From positions 32,001-96,000 of IMG/VR virus record IMGVR_UViG_3300028800_000061: 64,000 nucleotides of DNA. The stretch is one strand, 5' to 3'. Each line of letters begins with the position of its first letter. Positions within the stretch are counted from its first letter, which is position 1. A model generated the notes under the pieces. The model had not been told where the DNA came from. It searched no databases and saw nothing but the letters and a program-made list of their open reading frames with translations. Made by a program: the position numbers and the translations under genes. Positions 54,598-64,000 of the stretch are shown piece by piece. The stretch comes from a virus.

Positions 54598-55049
54598 ACG
54601 CCTCCGTTGAGGGTGTTGAGGCTGGACACATGGATTTCGCCGGGTAGCGGGCCCGCCTCGGCGGCCAGTCGTGTCCCGGCGGGTGTGAGTTGCCACAAGC
54701 AGATACGGCGCCCGCGGGCGGCGGGCGCGGCCGACCGGATTGTGCCGGTGGCGGCGGCCAGGCCGGCCCGGGCGAGCGCTTGCAGCGCGTTGGAGATCAG
54801 CGGCCGGGCGCGGGCGGGAAGGACTGGGCGCAATGTGTCAGCGGAGAATTGCTGCCCGTGCCGGGCCCGGACGATGATGTGCCGGGCGGTCCGGGGTATA
54901 TCCCACGACCAGGTGACATCCTGCAAGCCGAGCGCGTCGAGCAAAAGCTGGGCGTCCTCGAGGTCGGCGGCTTCACGCAGGATCGTCCAGGCGGCCTCGG
55001 TGGCGGCGGCGTTGTCGTCTGCGTCCAGTATCTGCGCGGCTAGGGTCAC
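54594..55049 (-). CDS. hypothetical protein, winged-helix-like
   Basis: GTGA overlaps; AAGGAG RBS. Confidence 0.6.
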   Translation of the reverse strand: MTLAAQILDADDNAAATEAAWTILREAADLEDAQLLLDALGLQDVTWSWDIPRTARHIIVRARHGQQFSADTLRPVLPARARPLISNALQALARAGLAAATGTIRSAAPAARGRRICLWQLTPAGTRLAAEAGPLPGEIHVSSLNTLNGGV

Positions 55050-55444
55050 TCTTCTCCTTCGGCTGGCAGGCCCACCGGGGGCCGGGCAGCGAGCATGGTT
55101 TTGATCTCATCGACAGTGGTTGCGATGTGGGTGAGGGCCTGGTGCTGCGCGTCGGATTGCGCATCGGATGAACGCTGCGTCTTGTTGCCCACGTACACGA
55201 GCAGTGGCAGCGCGAACAGCTGGATCCACCCGGAGGAGTAGAAGAAGAACCGGGATTGCACGCTGGCGGGGAACAACTGGACGAGCAGAGGTGCGGCGAT
55301 GAACGCCCACACGGTCCAGATCAACCCGAACAAGATGGCCAGATGGGTGGCGGCCCAGTCGTTGAACCGGCCGACCGCGTTTCTTTCCTTGGCCAGCAGC
55401 TCGGCCGGGTGGATTACCTGGTCATGGGTGCGGCGTTGGGTCAC
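55046..55444 (-). CDS. membrane protein (DUF1003-like)
   Basis: RFNDW.A..., two TMs, SS.WIQL.ALPLL.VG. Confidence 0.7.
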   Translation of the reverse strand: MTQRRTHDQVIHPAELLAKERNAVGRFNDWAATHLAILFGLIWTVWAFIAAPLLVQLFPASVQSRFFFYSSGWIQLFALPLLVYVGNKTQRSSDAQSDAQHQALTHIATTVDEIKTMLAARPPVGLPAEGEE

Positions 55445-55459
55445 ATGCCTCCGGGTGGG

Positions 55460-55705
55460 TCACAGGATGTCGCCGATGGTTATGTGCACCCAGTCCGGGC
55501 CGGCTTCCTCGGCGGTAAACGGCAGCCCGCGTGCCTCAGCGACCCGCATCACCATCTCGGCGTTATCCGAGTGCAAAGTCGCGATCACGAACGGCTCGTA
55601 TTGCAACCGGGTCCACAGCATGCCGATCTCCACACCACGCCGGAACTCGGTGCTGTCCGTGTCGAACGGCAGCAGCAGCCCGAACTCGTGCTCGCTGCCG
55701 CTCAT
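55460..55705 (-). CDS. small hypothetical protein
   Basis: ATGA overlap; F.RGVE.G.LW. Confidence 0.6.
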   Translation of the reverse strand: MSGSEHEFGLLLPFDTDSTEFRRGVEIGMLWTRLQYEPFVIATLHSDNAEMVMRVAEARGLPFTAEEAGPDWVHITIGDIL

Positions 55706-56331
55706 GCGGCCGCGAGGATCTGGTAGGCGACAATGCTCGCATCCGCGCTCGATGTGGACTCGATGGTGAACGACACCCCGGGTGCGCGTGCTGCGACATA
55801 CAGCGCACCGGGTGTGCCGGAGGGTGTTTGAGCAGTCAGGAAGATCGGTGTACCGGTAGCTACCGCGGCGGTAGCCACCGTGGCGGTCCCGCCTGTGAGA
55901 GTCACGAACCCTTGCTCGGACGGCAACGACACCGCACCGGAAACACCGTTGACGGAGATCACGTACAGGCCGGGCTGGGCCGGGATGAGCGGCACCGGCC
56001 CCAGCCGGCTGATATCGACCGTGGAGCCCCAGGATGACGGCAGGTATGCGTCGAACGCGATCGCGGCACCGGGGACATTCACTTGCACGCTGTACGCCCA
56101 CCCGGCAGGCAGCAGATCGGCGTTATCGGTGCACGGGAGAACCACCGAGAACTGGCCGGTGGAATGTGACACCGCGGCGACAATCGGGTTGGCGGACAGG
56201 ACTGCCTGACCGGTCATATCGGTGAGCGGCACCGAGGGCGCGAACAGCACGGTCCCGCCGAGCGGCGTCCCTGCTGCGGTCAGGTAGGTGCCGGTGACCG
56301 TGATCGTGGTCAGGCCGACTGGAAGGCTCAC
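55702..56331 (-). CDS. minor tail/structural protein
   Basis: TVTGTY...G.P..G.V.F.P...G.FSV.LP.TD...P.GW.Y; SVNG.SGAV. Confidence 0.7.
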   Translation of the reverse strand: MSLPVGLTTITVTGTYLTAAGTPLGGTVLFAPSVPLTDMTGQAVLSANPIVAAVSHSTGQFSVVLPCTDNADLLPAGWAYSVQVNVPGAAIAFDAYLPSSWGSTVDISRLGPVPLIPAQPGLYVISVNGVSGAVSLPSEQGFVTLTGGTATVATAAVATGTPIFLTAQTPSGTPGALYVAARAPGVSFTIESTSSADASIVAYQILAAA

Positions 56332-56807
56332 TCGTGGCCTGCTTTGCTGATCAGCCCGTGCACATACTGGCTGGCCTCGTAGTCGGAATGGCTCGCTGTG
56401 TGCGCGCCGGCGGCGCCGCGATGGTGCCAGGCGCACAGCCACCGCAGGTTCTCGGCCGACTCCACCCACGCCCCCACCTGCGACGGGTCGCTGATACCCG
56501 GGTAGTCCTTCTCGAGGGCGGTCAGGTCAACGCCCTGCTGCAAGGAGAACTCAACGTGTGCGTGGTGCAACTCCAGGCCGGGCTGCTCGCCGGCATCGTC
56601 CGCCGGGGGGCACGGGTGCATTTGCGCGTCCATGCAGTCGCCGAACCCGATCCGCTCCCCGATGTGGCAGCGGGCTGTGGCGCGGGTGGCCTGGTGGTAG
56701 TGGTGGAAGTCCCTGTAGTGCGGGTCGTCCTCGCGGGCCGGGTGCGGCGGGAAGTGCATGACGTACCGGTGGGTTTCAGCCTGCGCGTGTGCGGCGACTT
56801 CGGTCAC
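56328..56807 (-). CDS. His-rich HNH-like protein
   Basis: LELHH...NL..LC..HH. Confidence 0.6.
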   Translation of the reverse strand: MTEVAAHAQAETHRYVMHFPPHPAREDDPHYRDFHHYHQATRATARCHIGERIGFGDCMDAQMHPCPPADDAGEQPGLELHHAHVEFSLQQGVDLTALEKDYPGISDPSQVGAWVESAENLRWLCAWHHRGAAGAHTASHSDYEASQYVHGLISKAGHE

Positions 56808-56835
56808 ATGCCTCCTGGGTGCAGCAAAAAGGGCG

Positions 56836-57156
56836 TCAGCGGCGGACGGCCGGGGCGTTGCATCCCAGGTCGGTCCCTAGCTGGTCGAGCGTGGCGTGGA
56901 GCCGCTGGTCGTACGCCCGGGACGGGTTAGTGACCGGGTTGCCGGCCGGAGGCTTCAGTGCGGCCAGCTCGCGCATCGTCGTGCAGATCTTGCGTTCCAC
57001 GGCGATCCCCTGATGTTGCTGCACTGCTTGCTCCCGGCGTTGCGCGGCTTGCGCGGCGCGCACCTCGGCCCGGGTGGCCAGCAGGTTCCCGGCGCCGACG
57101 ATCAGCACCAGTGCCAGGAGTGCCGCCATCGCGCGCTGACCAGTGATCCATCTCAT
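56836..57156 (-). CDS. membrane protein (lysis accessory?)
   Basis: TM, coiled coil, two Cys. Confidence 0.6.
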   Translation of the reverse strand: MRWITGQRAMAALLALVLIVGAGNLLATRAEVRAAQAAQRREQAVQQHQGIAVERKICTTMRELAALKPPAGNPVTNPSRAYDQRLHATLDQLGTDLGCNAPAVRR

Positions 57157-57527
57157 GAGGAGATGTCCATCTCCTTCCCGTCGCTGCGCTGAGGATGATG
57201 GGACTCCATGCGGTCACGCATCGCTGCCTGCTCCGCTTTGATTTCAGCGACGTCCTCTGCGGTGCGATGCACGATGTCACGCAGGGATTTGCCGTGGTTA
57301 GGGCTTGTCTCAGCGACGACGTGGGCGATGGACGCCTCAACGGCCTGGAGCCGGGCCATCACCCCGGGCCGGGACGGCACTCCAGGCCGGCCCGGCTCAC
57401 CGAAGTAGTCGTCCAGGAACTGAGTGGTGCGCACGAGAATCCGCCACGCCTGCCGGGCACACCAGGCGAGGCATCCAATGACGGCGGTTGCCAGGGCTAC
57501 GGCTGCAACTATCCATGCCGGGTCCAT
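57153..57527 (-). CDS. membrane protein (lysis accessory?)
   Basis: TM; GEP.RPG...RPGVM.RL; PNHG.SLRD. Confidence 0.7.
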   Translation of the reverse strand: MDPAWIVAAVALATAVIGCLAWCARQAWRILVRTTQFLDDYFGEPGRPGVPSRPGVMARLQAVEASIAHVVAETSPNHGKSLRDIVHRTAEDVAEIKAEQAAMRDRMESHHPQRSDGKEMDISS

Positions 57528-57538
57528 TCACCCCCCAG

Positions 57539-58681
57539 TCACAGCGATATCCAGGTGATTTCGATCGTGCATCGCTGCCCGGCGGTAATCACCGGTGTGC
57601 CGTTCCCCCCGCTGGAGGCGTAGAACGCCCACCCGGAGATTGTGTCCGATCCGCCGTACAACTGGAATGCCGCCGAGCCGGAGACGATCCCAGCGGATGT
57701 TTGCGGCACCCATCCCCGGTCACACGTGTAGGTGATGGCGCCGTTAAGGCCCGCGGCCGCCTCCACTTTGGTGACCGCGTCAGCGGCTGCGGCGGTGGAG
57801 ACGGTGACCGACACCTCATAGGTGCCGGAGTATCCGGCCGGGCATTCCCATGCACTGCTACCGGAGTTCCACCCGGAAAACGGGTCCTCGATGATGCTGT
57901 TGAACGGGATGACAACATCCACGTTGTTCGTCCACGTCGCGGAGTTGGTCAACTCGGCCCGGAAAACCACTCTGCTGGTGAGAAACGCGAACGGTGCTTG
58001 CACCCAGCCATCAAAATCGGCTGCCAGCGGGGCGTACCCGGCGATGAACACAGGCACCGCGGGCTGCAAGGACACCGTGAACGTGAGAGTGATCTGCCCT
58101 GTGTGGCCGGCGCCGCCAAGCTTGCCCTTACCGGCCCCGCCACCGCCACCGCCGGGGCCACTGCCCGGTGCAGCCCCGGCCACCCCGTTGTTCCCGCCGG
58201 CCCCACCGGGGCCGCCGCCGGTGACCGCGCTCGCACCGGAGGCACCGGTGCTGGTGGTCGAGTTTGAGCCATTGTTCCCCGCCGCTGCGCTGCCACCGGA
58301 TCCGCCGCCGCCACCGCCACCGGTGCTGGTCGCTGTGCCGCCCTGGCCGCCGTCATGCGTGACGCTGTTAGTTGAGCTGGTGCCACCGAACTGGAGCACA
58401 GCTCCGTTCGCGATGACCGCGCCGGCGAACACTGTGGCCTGGCCGCTGCTGCCGTGGGCGCCGCCTGCGCCGACCGTGAAGCTGTACACCGTCCCTGGGA
58501 CCACGGTGAACGCGGGCTCGGCGGCGTACTCGCCTCCGCCTCCGCCGAGGCCTCCGGTGGTGCCGGAGGTTTCGTCTTCCCCGCCGGATCCGCTGCCCCA
58601 GCACTCAACCTGGATCTGGGTGACCCCGTTCGGGCACAGCCATGTGCCGGAACCGGCTGCAGCGAATGTCTGGGTGGCCAC
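57539..58681 (-). CDS. glycine-rich minor tail protein
   Basis: W.CP.GVT...VECWG.G and GGGG repeats. Confidence 0.75.
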   Translation of the reverse strand: MATQTFAAAGSGTWLCPNGVTQIQVECWGSGSGGEDETSGTTGGLGGGGGEYAAEPAFTVVPGTVYSFTVGAGGAHGSSGQATVFAGAVIANGAVLQFGGTSSTNSVTHDGGQGGTATSTGGGGGGGSGGSAAAGNNGSNSTTSTGASGASAVTGGGPGGAGGNNGVAGAAPGSGPGGGGGGAGKGKLGGAGHTGQITLTFTVSLQPAVPVFIAGYAPLAADFDGWVQAPFAFLTSRVVFRAELTNSATWTNNVDVVIPFNSIIEDPFSGWNSGSSAWECPAGYSGTYEVSVTVSTAAAADAVTKVEAAAGLNGAITYTCDRGWVPQTSAGIVSGSAAFQLYGGSDTISGWAFYASSGGNGTPVITAGQRCTIEITWISL

Positions 58682-59799
58682 TAGGAGGATTCCCAGCAGA
58701 TGACCAGGTGCGTGTCGCCGTTGAGTGCGAGAGCCCCGCCAGTGTTCTGGCTTCCTTGCAGGGAGATGGTCTGCCCGGCGGTGACCCGGACCCGCCGGCA
58801 GATGGCCACGTCGACGACGTGGCCGGTGTCCGCGTTGGCGTTGACCCGCTGACCCCAGGTGGTGGTGCCGCCGTTGACGGAGATCCCGGCGGCGTACGCC
58901 CCGCTGCTACCGGAGCCGGCCAAGCCGACCTGCCCGTACACGTAGTAGACGCCGGCGACCGGGCACACGTACTGGTTGTTGGTGCCATCCCAGGCGGTGT
59001 AGTTGTCCACCGTCGCCGTGCCCATGGCGATCTTCGACCCGGCCGGGAACGTCTGGCTGCCCAGGGTCGCGCTACCGGGGGTGTAGGTGTAGCGGAGGAT
59101 CGGCGGGTTCGCCAGGAAAGCGATCGTGTCCCGGATGTTGGTGTTAAGGAACGTGGAGGTCACGATGCTCGGCGGGGTCACCCATGACGCGTTCGCCGGG
59201 ATGGCCAGCGAGGTGGCTGCGCCGGTTGCCACCCACCGGAGGGTGAGCCGCGGCTGGTTCGGCGAGGCTGACTGCACGCTGACCGAGCCGGCACTGGACT
59301 GTTTCGCGATGAGGGTGACGTAATCGACGGCCGCGCCGCCGATCGCCCCGGCGCGGGACAGCTGGATGAGGTCCGCCCCGAACACGCCGGGGTTGCGCTG
59401 GGAGTCAACCGGGTGATCTTGTCCCGGGTAGACGGCTGATCCGGCGGCGGTGACCGCCCCGATCGACACCTGGAAGTTGACTTGCGTGGCCGTGGTGTAC
59501 GCCCACGGCATGTACCCCTCGCACAGGTACCAGCCGGGAGCCTGGCACCAGTAGCGGTCCGGGTTAGCCGACAGAGGGTCATGCCCGGCCCAGGTGTCGT
59601 ACACCTCCGTGTCGAGGGCGAGCGTTGTGTTGGTGGCCGACGGGATGGCCGGGCCGCCAGTGCACAGGCCGGTGAACGCTGGCCTTTGCGAAAGGAACAG
59701 CACACCGTTGGTCACATTCGAGCGGAGAGACGAGGTGAGGACCGGCCCGGACGACCAGGTAGACGGACTGGGCACAGGAGGATAAGGGGGAAACGGCAT
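58681..59799 (-). CDS. minor tail protein with duplicated beta domains
   Basis: two units of L..N....I/V.FL...P...Y.C..PG.Y. Confidence 0.75.
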   Translation of the reverse strand: MPFPPYPPVPSPSTWSSGPVLTSSLRSNVTNGVLFLSQRPAFTGLCTGGPAIPSATNTTLALDTEVYDTWAGHDPLSANPDRYWCQAPGWYLCEGYMPWAYTTATQVNFQVSIGAVTAAGSAVYPGQDHPVDSQRNPGVFGADLIQLSRAGAIGGAAVDYVTLIAKQSSAGSVSVQSASPNQPRLTLRWVATGAATSLAIPANASWVTPPSIVTSTFLNTNIRDTIAFLANPPILRYTYTPGSATLGSQTFPAGSKIAMGTATVDNYTAWDGTNNQYVCPVAGVYYVYGQVGLAGSGSSGAYAAGISVNGGTTTWGQRVNANADTGHVVDVAICRRVRVTAGQTISLQGSQNTGGALALNGDTHLVICWESS

Positions 59800-59827
59800 G
59801 CGCTCACCGCCCCGCCACGCATGTCAC

Positions 59828-62800
59828 TTACCAGGGAAGCGAATTGCTTCCGTTCAGTTGCCCGAAAACTGGATCGTCCGCTATCAGAACTGCACCTTCA
59901 GGGAACGAGTCTGTTTCGATAGCCACCTCGGCTGTGCCCGCTACCCTGTCGATTTTCTTTGTGACTTGCGTAATGATCGCCTGGATTTGCGTTGTGGCTG
60001 ACGCGCTCAGCGGGCGCCTTGTCACCTGAACGATCTGGGCGGGTTCCACACCCAGAACGAACGGCCAGTTGACCGGGTTAGCGTCAGCCGTGACACGCAC
60101 ATTTTCGGCACGGTTGAACACGGTCCCCCGCGTATTCGCGATCCAGTTAGCCTCATCGACCACGGTGTCCGGGTCCTGCTGGTAAACCGTCGCCGAGTAG
60201 GTGTACTGGCCGTGTTGCGCCGCCGATGGCGCGTTGAAAGCCACAACAGCGGTACCACTACCTGTTGACTGGGTGAGCTCAACGTCGTTGTACAGCAGGC
60301 TCTTGTCGTACCCGAAAACGATGTCGGTTTCGTATGGGGTTTCGCCGGAGAGAACATCCTCCCCGAGGAACCATATCGGGGTGTTTCCGTACAGGTCGCT
60401 TCGTGACAGGTAGCACAGGACCCCGTTGCCATCGACACCCATGAACCCGTTATCGCTGACAACAATGTTGGTTATCGCCTCGGCGGCGGTTTGCCCTTGT
60501 GAGGCCGAAACCACGCCATTGGCTGAGATGCTCCCCTCGGAGCCTTGAATATCGGAGATCCCGGCCATGCCGGTTGTGGATTTGTGGCTGATCGACCGGG
60601 CCCCGGTCCACCCGCCGTAGCCGGCGAGCCGCTCGATGCGCAGGTCGGGGTGCTCGGAGCCGAACTGGCCGTTGTTAGCGACGGGGAACCCGGCGCCGAC
60701 GATCGCCGCCAGCCGGTCCTCGGTGAGGAGACGGGGGAAGATGGCAAGGTGGCAGCACGCCCCGTTGATCATGGACCCGGTGAAGTACCGGTCCGCGTTG
60801 CCCATGAAGTCGATCCAGGTCATCGAGGACGGCATGTTGCATGATCCGGAAGCTCCGGTGAACGCGCCGCCGTCCACAACGACTTGCCATGTGCTCTGGG
60901 TGAGCAGCAGCGCGAAGTGGCTGAGGCCACCTGACAGCCAGTTCTGGCTGTTTACCACAGTGTCTGTCCGGGCCCGTGTGGATTGGTCGTACACGGCGAT
61001 CTGCAGGCCGCCTGGGCTGCCTGAGGTGGGACTGTTGAGGTACATCTGGAACATGGGCCCGACACCCGCGTTGGTGCCCCGCATCAGGATCAGCTGATGC
61101 GGGATTTGCACGGTCGGTGAGTCTGGGGCGAACCAGCCCATGATGGTGATGCCGTTGGCGATCGACGGGTAGGACTGGTCGATGCATTGCAGGCAGTAGC
61201 CGTATCCGGTGGCGTCCCCGGCGGTCAGGCCGGTCTGCGTGTAAACGGTTCCGCCAGGATCACCCGGGTCAAGACCGGAGTTATCGCCGAAAGTGAATGT
61301 GGCGGTCAGCGCACCGGATTTGGACTCGACAACTTGCAGCGAGTTACTGTTACCTGGCGCTGAGTTTTGCGCTGCCGTGCTCCCTGCAGCATCACCGCAT
61401 GTCCAGTATGCGTAAGGCTGGTCGAGAAGTATCTCTTCCTGCTGGACTGCGGCCAGTTCCGCTGTTTGCAGTGACCATACATCGACAACGGTGATCTGCG
61501 TAATCCCGTACCACACCGAGTCCCAGGCCTGCGGCCACCGTTCCACGTAGCCGCTGAAGACACTGTATGTGCGGCCATCCCAGGTCATCAGCAGCCGTAC
61601 AGGAACATCCGCGAGGACGAAAGGCGCAAAAGGCGATGCGTCGTTCTCGGGCGTCAGCGCGGCATCGTTATTATCCAGGGTCAGGGTTATTTCCCCAGCC
61701 TGCAACTGATCCAGTTCGTACTGCTTCCCGCGTTTCGCGCTTGTCTCAGTCGAGCCAAGCCACCTGTTAGTGATATCCGTCCAGGTGATCTGCGATGGCG
61801 GGGTCAGCGCACCAGAACCGAATCCCATTTGCAGTTGCGTCGCCGGCCAGGACGCATCCGGCTGCGCGGGCCCGGCGTTGACCACAAGGATCGCCGCGGT
61901 GCACGCCGACAGGTCCCCCGTAGTCCCGGTTGTCCATGATGCGGTTTCCGATGTGGATGCCACCTGCCACGCTGGTGAGGTGTGCAGGATCGCAGGCGCT
62001 GTCCCCGACACGCTCACCGCGGTAAGAGCGGTCCAGCTGCCCCCGGGCCCGGTGCTGAAAGTTGATGCATCACTGGCCGCCACTGTGGCCAGGAACGCTG
62101 CAGCTCCCAGGCCGGGGGCGTTTGCTGCGATCGCGGTGGCCGCGTTGGCGTAGTTGTTCACCACGACAGGCGTACCGGCGTAATCGCTCATGCCGGTGAT
62201 CTCGATCACGGTCACGCCGATAACTGCCGGATAGGTGGGATTCGGGAGGCCGCACGGGGACACGTAAACATGCCCGGCGCCGGGGACGGACGCGCCGGCG
62301 GGCCGGGCCCAGATCGAGCACCTGGTGAACCCGGACGCACTGGAATCCCCGCTGGGTGCGCCGAGCGGGATCCAGTAGCCGTGCACATCATCGGACACGG
62401 CCATGGTGCCGCCGAGGTACCCGGCAGGCAGGGTCCACGAGCAGAACGCGATCAGCCAGTTCCCGGTTGTGCTCGCCACCGGGCAGTCGAGGGATCCGGA
62501 TGGGGGGGCGTTCAGAGAGAAGCCGCTGACAATGGCCCGGTTCGCCGTCCATGTGTTGATCACCGTGATGGAGGACGGCTTGATGGCGGCCGCGGTGATG
62601 CTTGCGCTGGCCGACCTGGTAGCCGACGCGACGTGCACCTGCGTCATGGCCGCGGTGACCGTCGCGGTCACTGCCCGGGCGGCCGACGCGACGTGCACCT
62701 GCGTCATCGACGCGGTGATGGTGACGGTGGCCGACCGGGTGGCCGCCCCGTTGCGCACCCTGGTCGCCGCCGCGGTGATCGCGGCGGTGGCGGTCTGGGT

Positions 62801-63586
62801 GGCGTCGATGGTGACGGCACCGGTGATGACAGTCGCTGCCGCGGTGACTGTTGCGGTGAAGCTCGGGCTTGCCGCACCGTTGCGGACCCGGGTCGCTGCC
62901 GCGGTGGCAGTCGCGGTGAACGTCGGGGTGGTGGCTGCGGTCTGGGTGGCCGGGAACTGCGCGACCCAGACGCCGCCGTACCCGGCGGTGCCGATCTGCT
63001 CCAGCGCCGTCCAGGTCAGGCCGCTGGTGTCAGACACGGCCATGCTGACCGTGCCGGACCCGCTGTAGTTCGCGGAGATGACAGCGACCAGCAGCGCGGC
63101 GGATGGCGGGGTGAAACTCGCCGTCGTGATGGTCTTCGCGGCGTTCGTGTTCGCGCTGGCGGGCGACGACGCGTCCTCGGCCAGGGTGCCCGAGTTCTTG
63201 ATCTCAGCGAGCGCGATCGCGGCATCGCCTGATGTGGTCGTCGGCAGTGTCGCCCCGACAGTGACCGGCGTGCCGCCTGTTGTCGTGGAGGTGGTGCGGA
63301 ACGTGCCGCGTTTCTGGGCGTTGGTCGCGTCAGTGTTGTTCGCGCTGAACGTGGTTGCGGCGTTCGCGGTGAACGTGCCAGCAAGATTCTCGCTGAGCGC
63401 GCCGTAAACCCAGTTGCTGGACCCCGCCGGGGTGATGGCGAGCTGCGGGGTCGTGATCGTCGCCGAGTCGTTGACGGTGCCGGGCTGCGACCCGGCCGCG
63501 GCAGCACTCGTCACGACCTTGACGGTCAGGGTGATGCCGTTCTTCGATCCGGTTCCGCTGGCGGTCGCCGTTACCGTGATCGCCAT
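59828..63586 (-). CDS. large tail protein (1252 aa) with LamG-like region and Ala/Thr repeats
   Basis: WTDIT...RG.Q.ELD...G...LTLDN; P.AYW. Confidence 0.8.
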   Translation of the reverse strand: MAITVTATASGTGSKNGITLTVKVVTSAAAAGSQPGTVNDSATITTPQLAITPAGSSNWVYGALSENLAGTFTANAATTFSANNTDATNAQKRGTFRTTSTTTGGTPVTVGATLPTTTSGDAAIALAEIKNSGTLAEDASSPASANTNAAKTITTASFTPPSAALLVAVISANYSGSGTVSMAVSDTSGLTWTALEQIGTAGYGGVWVAQFPATQTAATTPTFTATATAAATRVRNGAASPSFTATVTAAATVITGAVTIDATQTATAAITAAATRVRNGAATRSATVTITASMTQVHVASAARAVTATVTAAMTQVHVASATRSASASITAAAIKPSSITVINTWTANRAIVSGFSLNAPPSGSLDCPVASTTGNWLIAFCSWTLPAGYLGGTMAVSDDVHGYWIPLGAPSGDSSASGFTRCSIWARPAGASVPGAGHVYVSPCGLPNPTYPAVIGVTVIEITGMSDYAGTPVVVNNYANAATAIAANAPGLGAAAFLATVAASDASTFSTGPGGSWTALTAVSVSGTAPAILHTSPAWQVASTSETASWTTGTTGDLSACTAAILVVNAGPAQPDASWPATQLQMGFGSGALTPPSQITWTDITNRWLGSTETSAKRGKQYELDQLQAGEITLTLDNNDAALTPENDASPFAPFVLADVPVRLLMTWDGRTYSVFSGYVERWPQAWDSVWYGITQITVVDVWSLQTAELAAVQQEEILLDQPYAYWTCGDAAGSTAAQNSAPGNSNSLQVVESKSGALTATFTFGDNSGLDPGDPGGTVYTQTGLTAGDATGYGYCLQCIDQSYPSIANGITIMGWFAPDSPTVQIPHQLILMRGTNAGVGPMFQMYLNSPTSGSPGGLQIAVYDQSTRARTDTVVNSQNWLSGGLSHFALLLTQSTWQVVVDGGAFTGASGSCNMPSSMTWIDFMGNADRYFTGSMINGACCHLAIFPRLLTEDRLAAIVGAGFPVANNGQFGSEHPDLRIERLAGYGGWTGARSISHKSTTGMAGISDIQGSEGSISANGVVSASQGQTAAEAITNIVVSDNGFMGVDGNGVLCYLSRSDLYGNTPIWFLGEDVLSGETPYETDIVFGYDKSLLYNDVELTQSTGSGTAVVAFNAPSAAQHGQYTYSATVYQQDPDTVVDEANWIANTRGTVFNRAENVRVTADANPVNWPFVLGVEPAQIVQVTRRPLSASATTQIQAIITQVTKKIDRVAGTAEVAIETDSFPEGAVLIADDPVFGQLNGSNSLPW
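62585..62940 (-). repeat. ~60-nt (20-aa) tandem coding repeats
   Basis: GCCGACGCGACGTGCACCTGCGTCAT repeated 60 nt apart. Confidence 0.8.
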
Positions 63587-63622
63587 AGCTCACCGCCCCC
63601 CGTGGTGCAGTAAACGAGCGGG

Positions 63623-64000
63623 TCAGGCGGCGAGCGGGGTGAGGGCGACAGTCAGAGTGGTCAACTCCAGCGTGTCCCCTGTGTTCACGGTTTTACTTGA
63701 GGAAAGAGCGGCGGAAAAGTAGAAGGTGCCGCTAGAACTCGCGGACCACACGGAGATATCGGTGACCACTTCACCGTTGGTGCCGGCCCAGCTGGACCAG
63801 GTCGGCGTGTTCGACTCGGAGATAGATCCGCTGCTCGCCGCGTTCCAAGTCACCGAAGGCCGGGTTGTCACACTCGAAACGTTGGCGGTGCCGTTCGCTC
63901 CCGGGGAACCTGTGTGAAGCTGCACGAATGTGGTCGCGATGCCGGTGAAGGTGGTGTTGTTGAGCACATTCAGCCAGGCGTTCGCCAAGTTGGTGGTCTG
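63623..64000 (-). CDS. tail-associated structural protein, 5' end outside window
   Basis: LHTG.PG..GT...V.W......K.V..GD.L; frame open to edge. Confidence 0.7.
   Translation of the reverse strand, partial: QTTNLANAWLNVLNNTTFTGIATTFVQLHTGSPGANGTANVSSVTTRPSVTWNAASSGSISESNTPTWSSWAGTNGEVVTDISVWSASSSGTFYFSAALSSSKTVNTGDTLELTTLTVALTPLAA

Noticed and set aside
57539-63586. Diversity-generating retroelement for tail genes
   Set aside because: No reverse transcriptase and no adenine-mismatched repeat pair seen.
1-64000. Many long Arg/Pro/Gly-rich antisense and alternate-frame ORFs in the track
   Set aside because: Expected shadows in high-GC DNA; no motifs or RBS, and they overlap better-supported genes or tRNAs.

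Overview
High-GC actinomycete temperate phage that looks like a phage-plasmid; the window is a genome fragment. Left to right: (1-6.5 kb) short overlapping early-type ORFs including a PAPS-reductase-family protein and Lsr2. (6.7-21.2 kb) A promoter-led array of 36 tRNA genes covering all 20 amino acids, interleaved with structured non-tRNA spacers, a circularly permuted anticodon-less tRNA-like element, an antisense pseudo-tRNA and cargo genes (HAD and metallo-phosphoesterases, STAS anti-anti-sigma, a TGT/DpdA-like + Mom-like + MTase cassette, HNH, dcd). (21-41 kb) Mostly small hypothetical genes plus RNase H, tyrosine recombinase, AAA ATPase, PadR, Pnk-like kinase and NADAR. (41-47 kb) parS-like repeats, parA and partner, HTH Rep, BldC homologue. 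(47-51.7 kb) GT2 polysaccharide synthase, GH26 and a TnpB lacking its third RuvC Asp but retaining an omegaRNA-like 3' scaffold. (52-64 kb, minus strand) Tail and lysis genes. All calls come from reading motifs by eye with no database searches, so starts and RNA folds are estimates.
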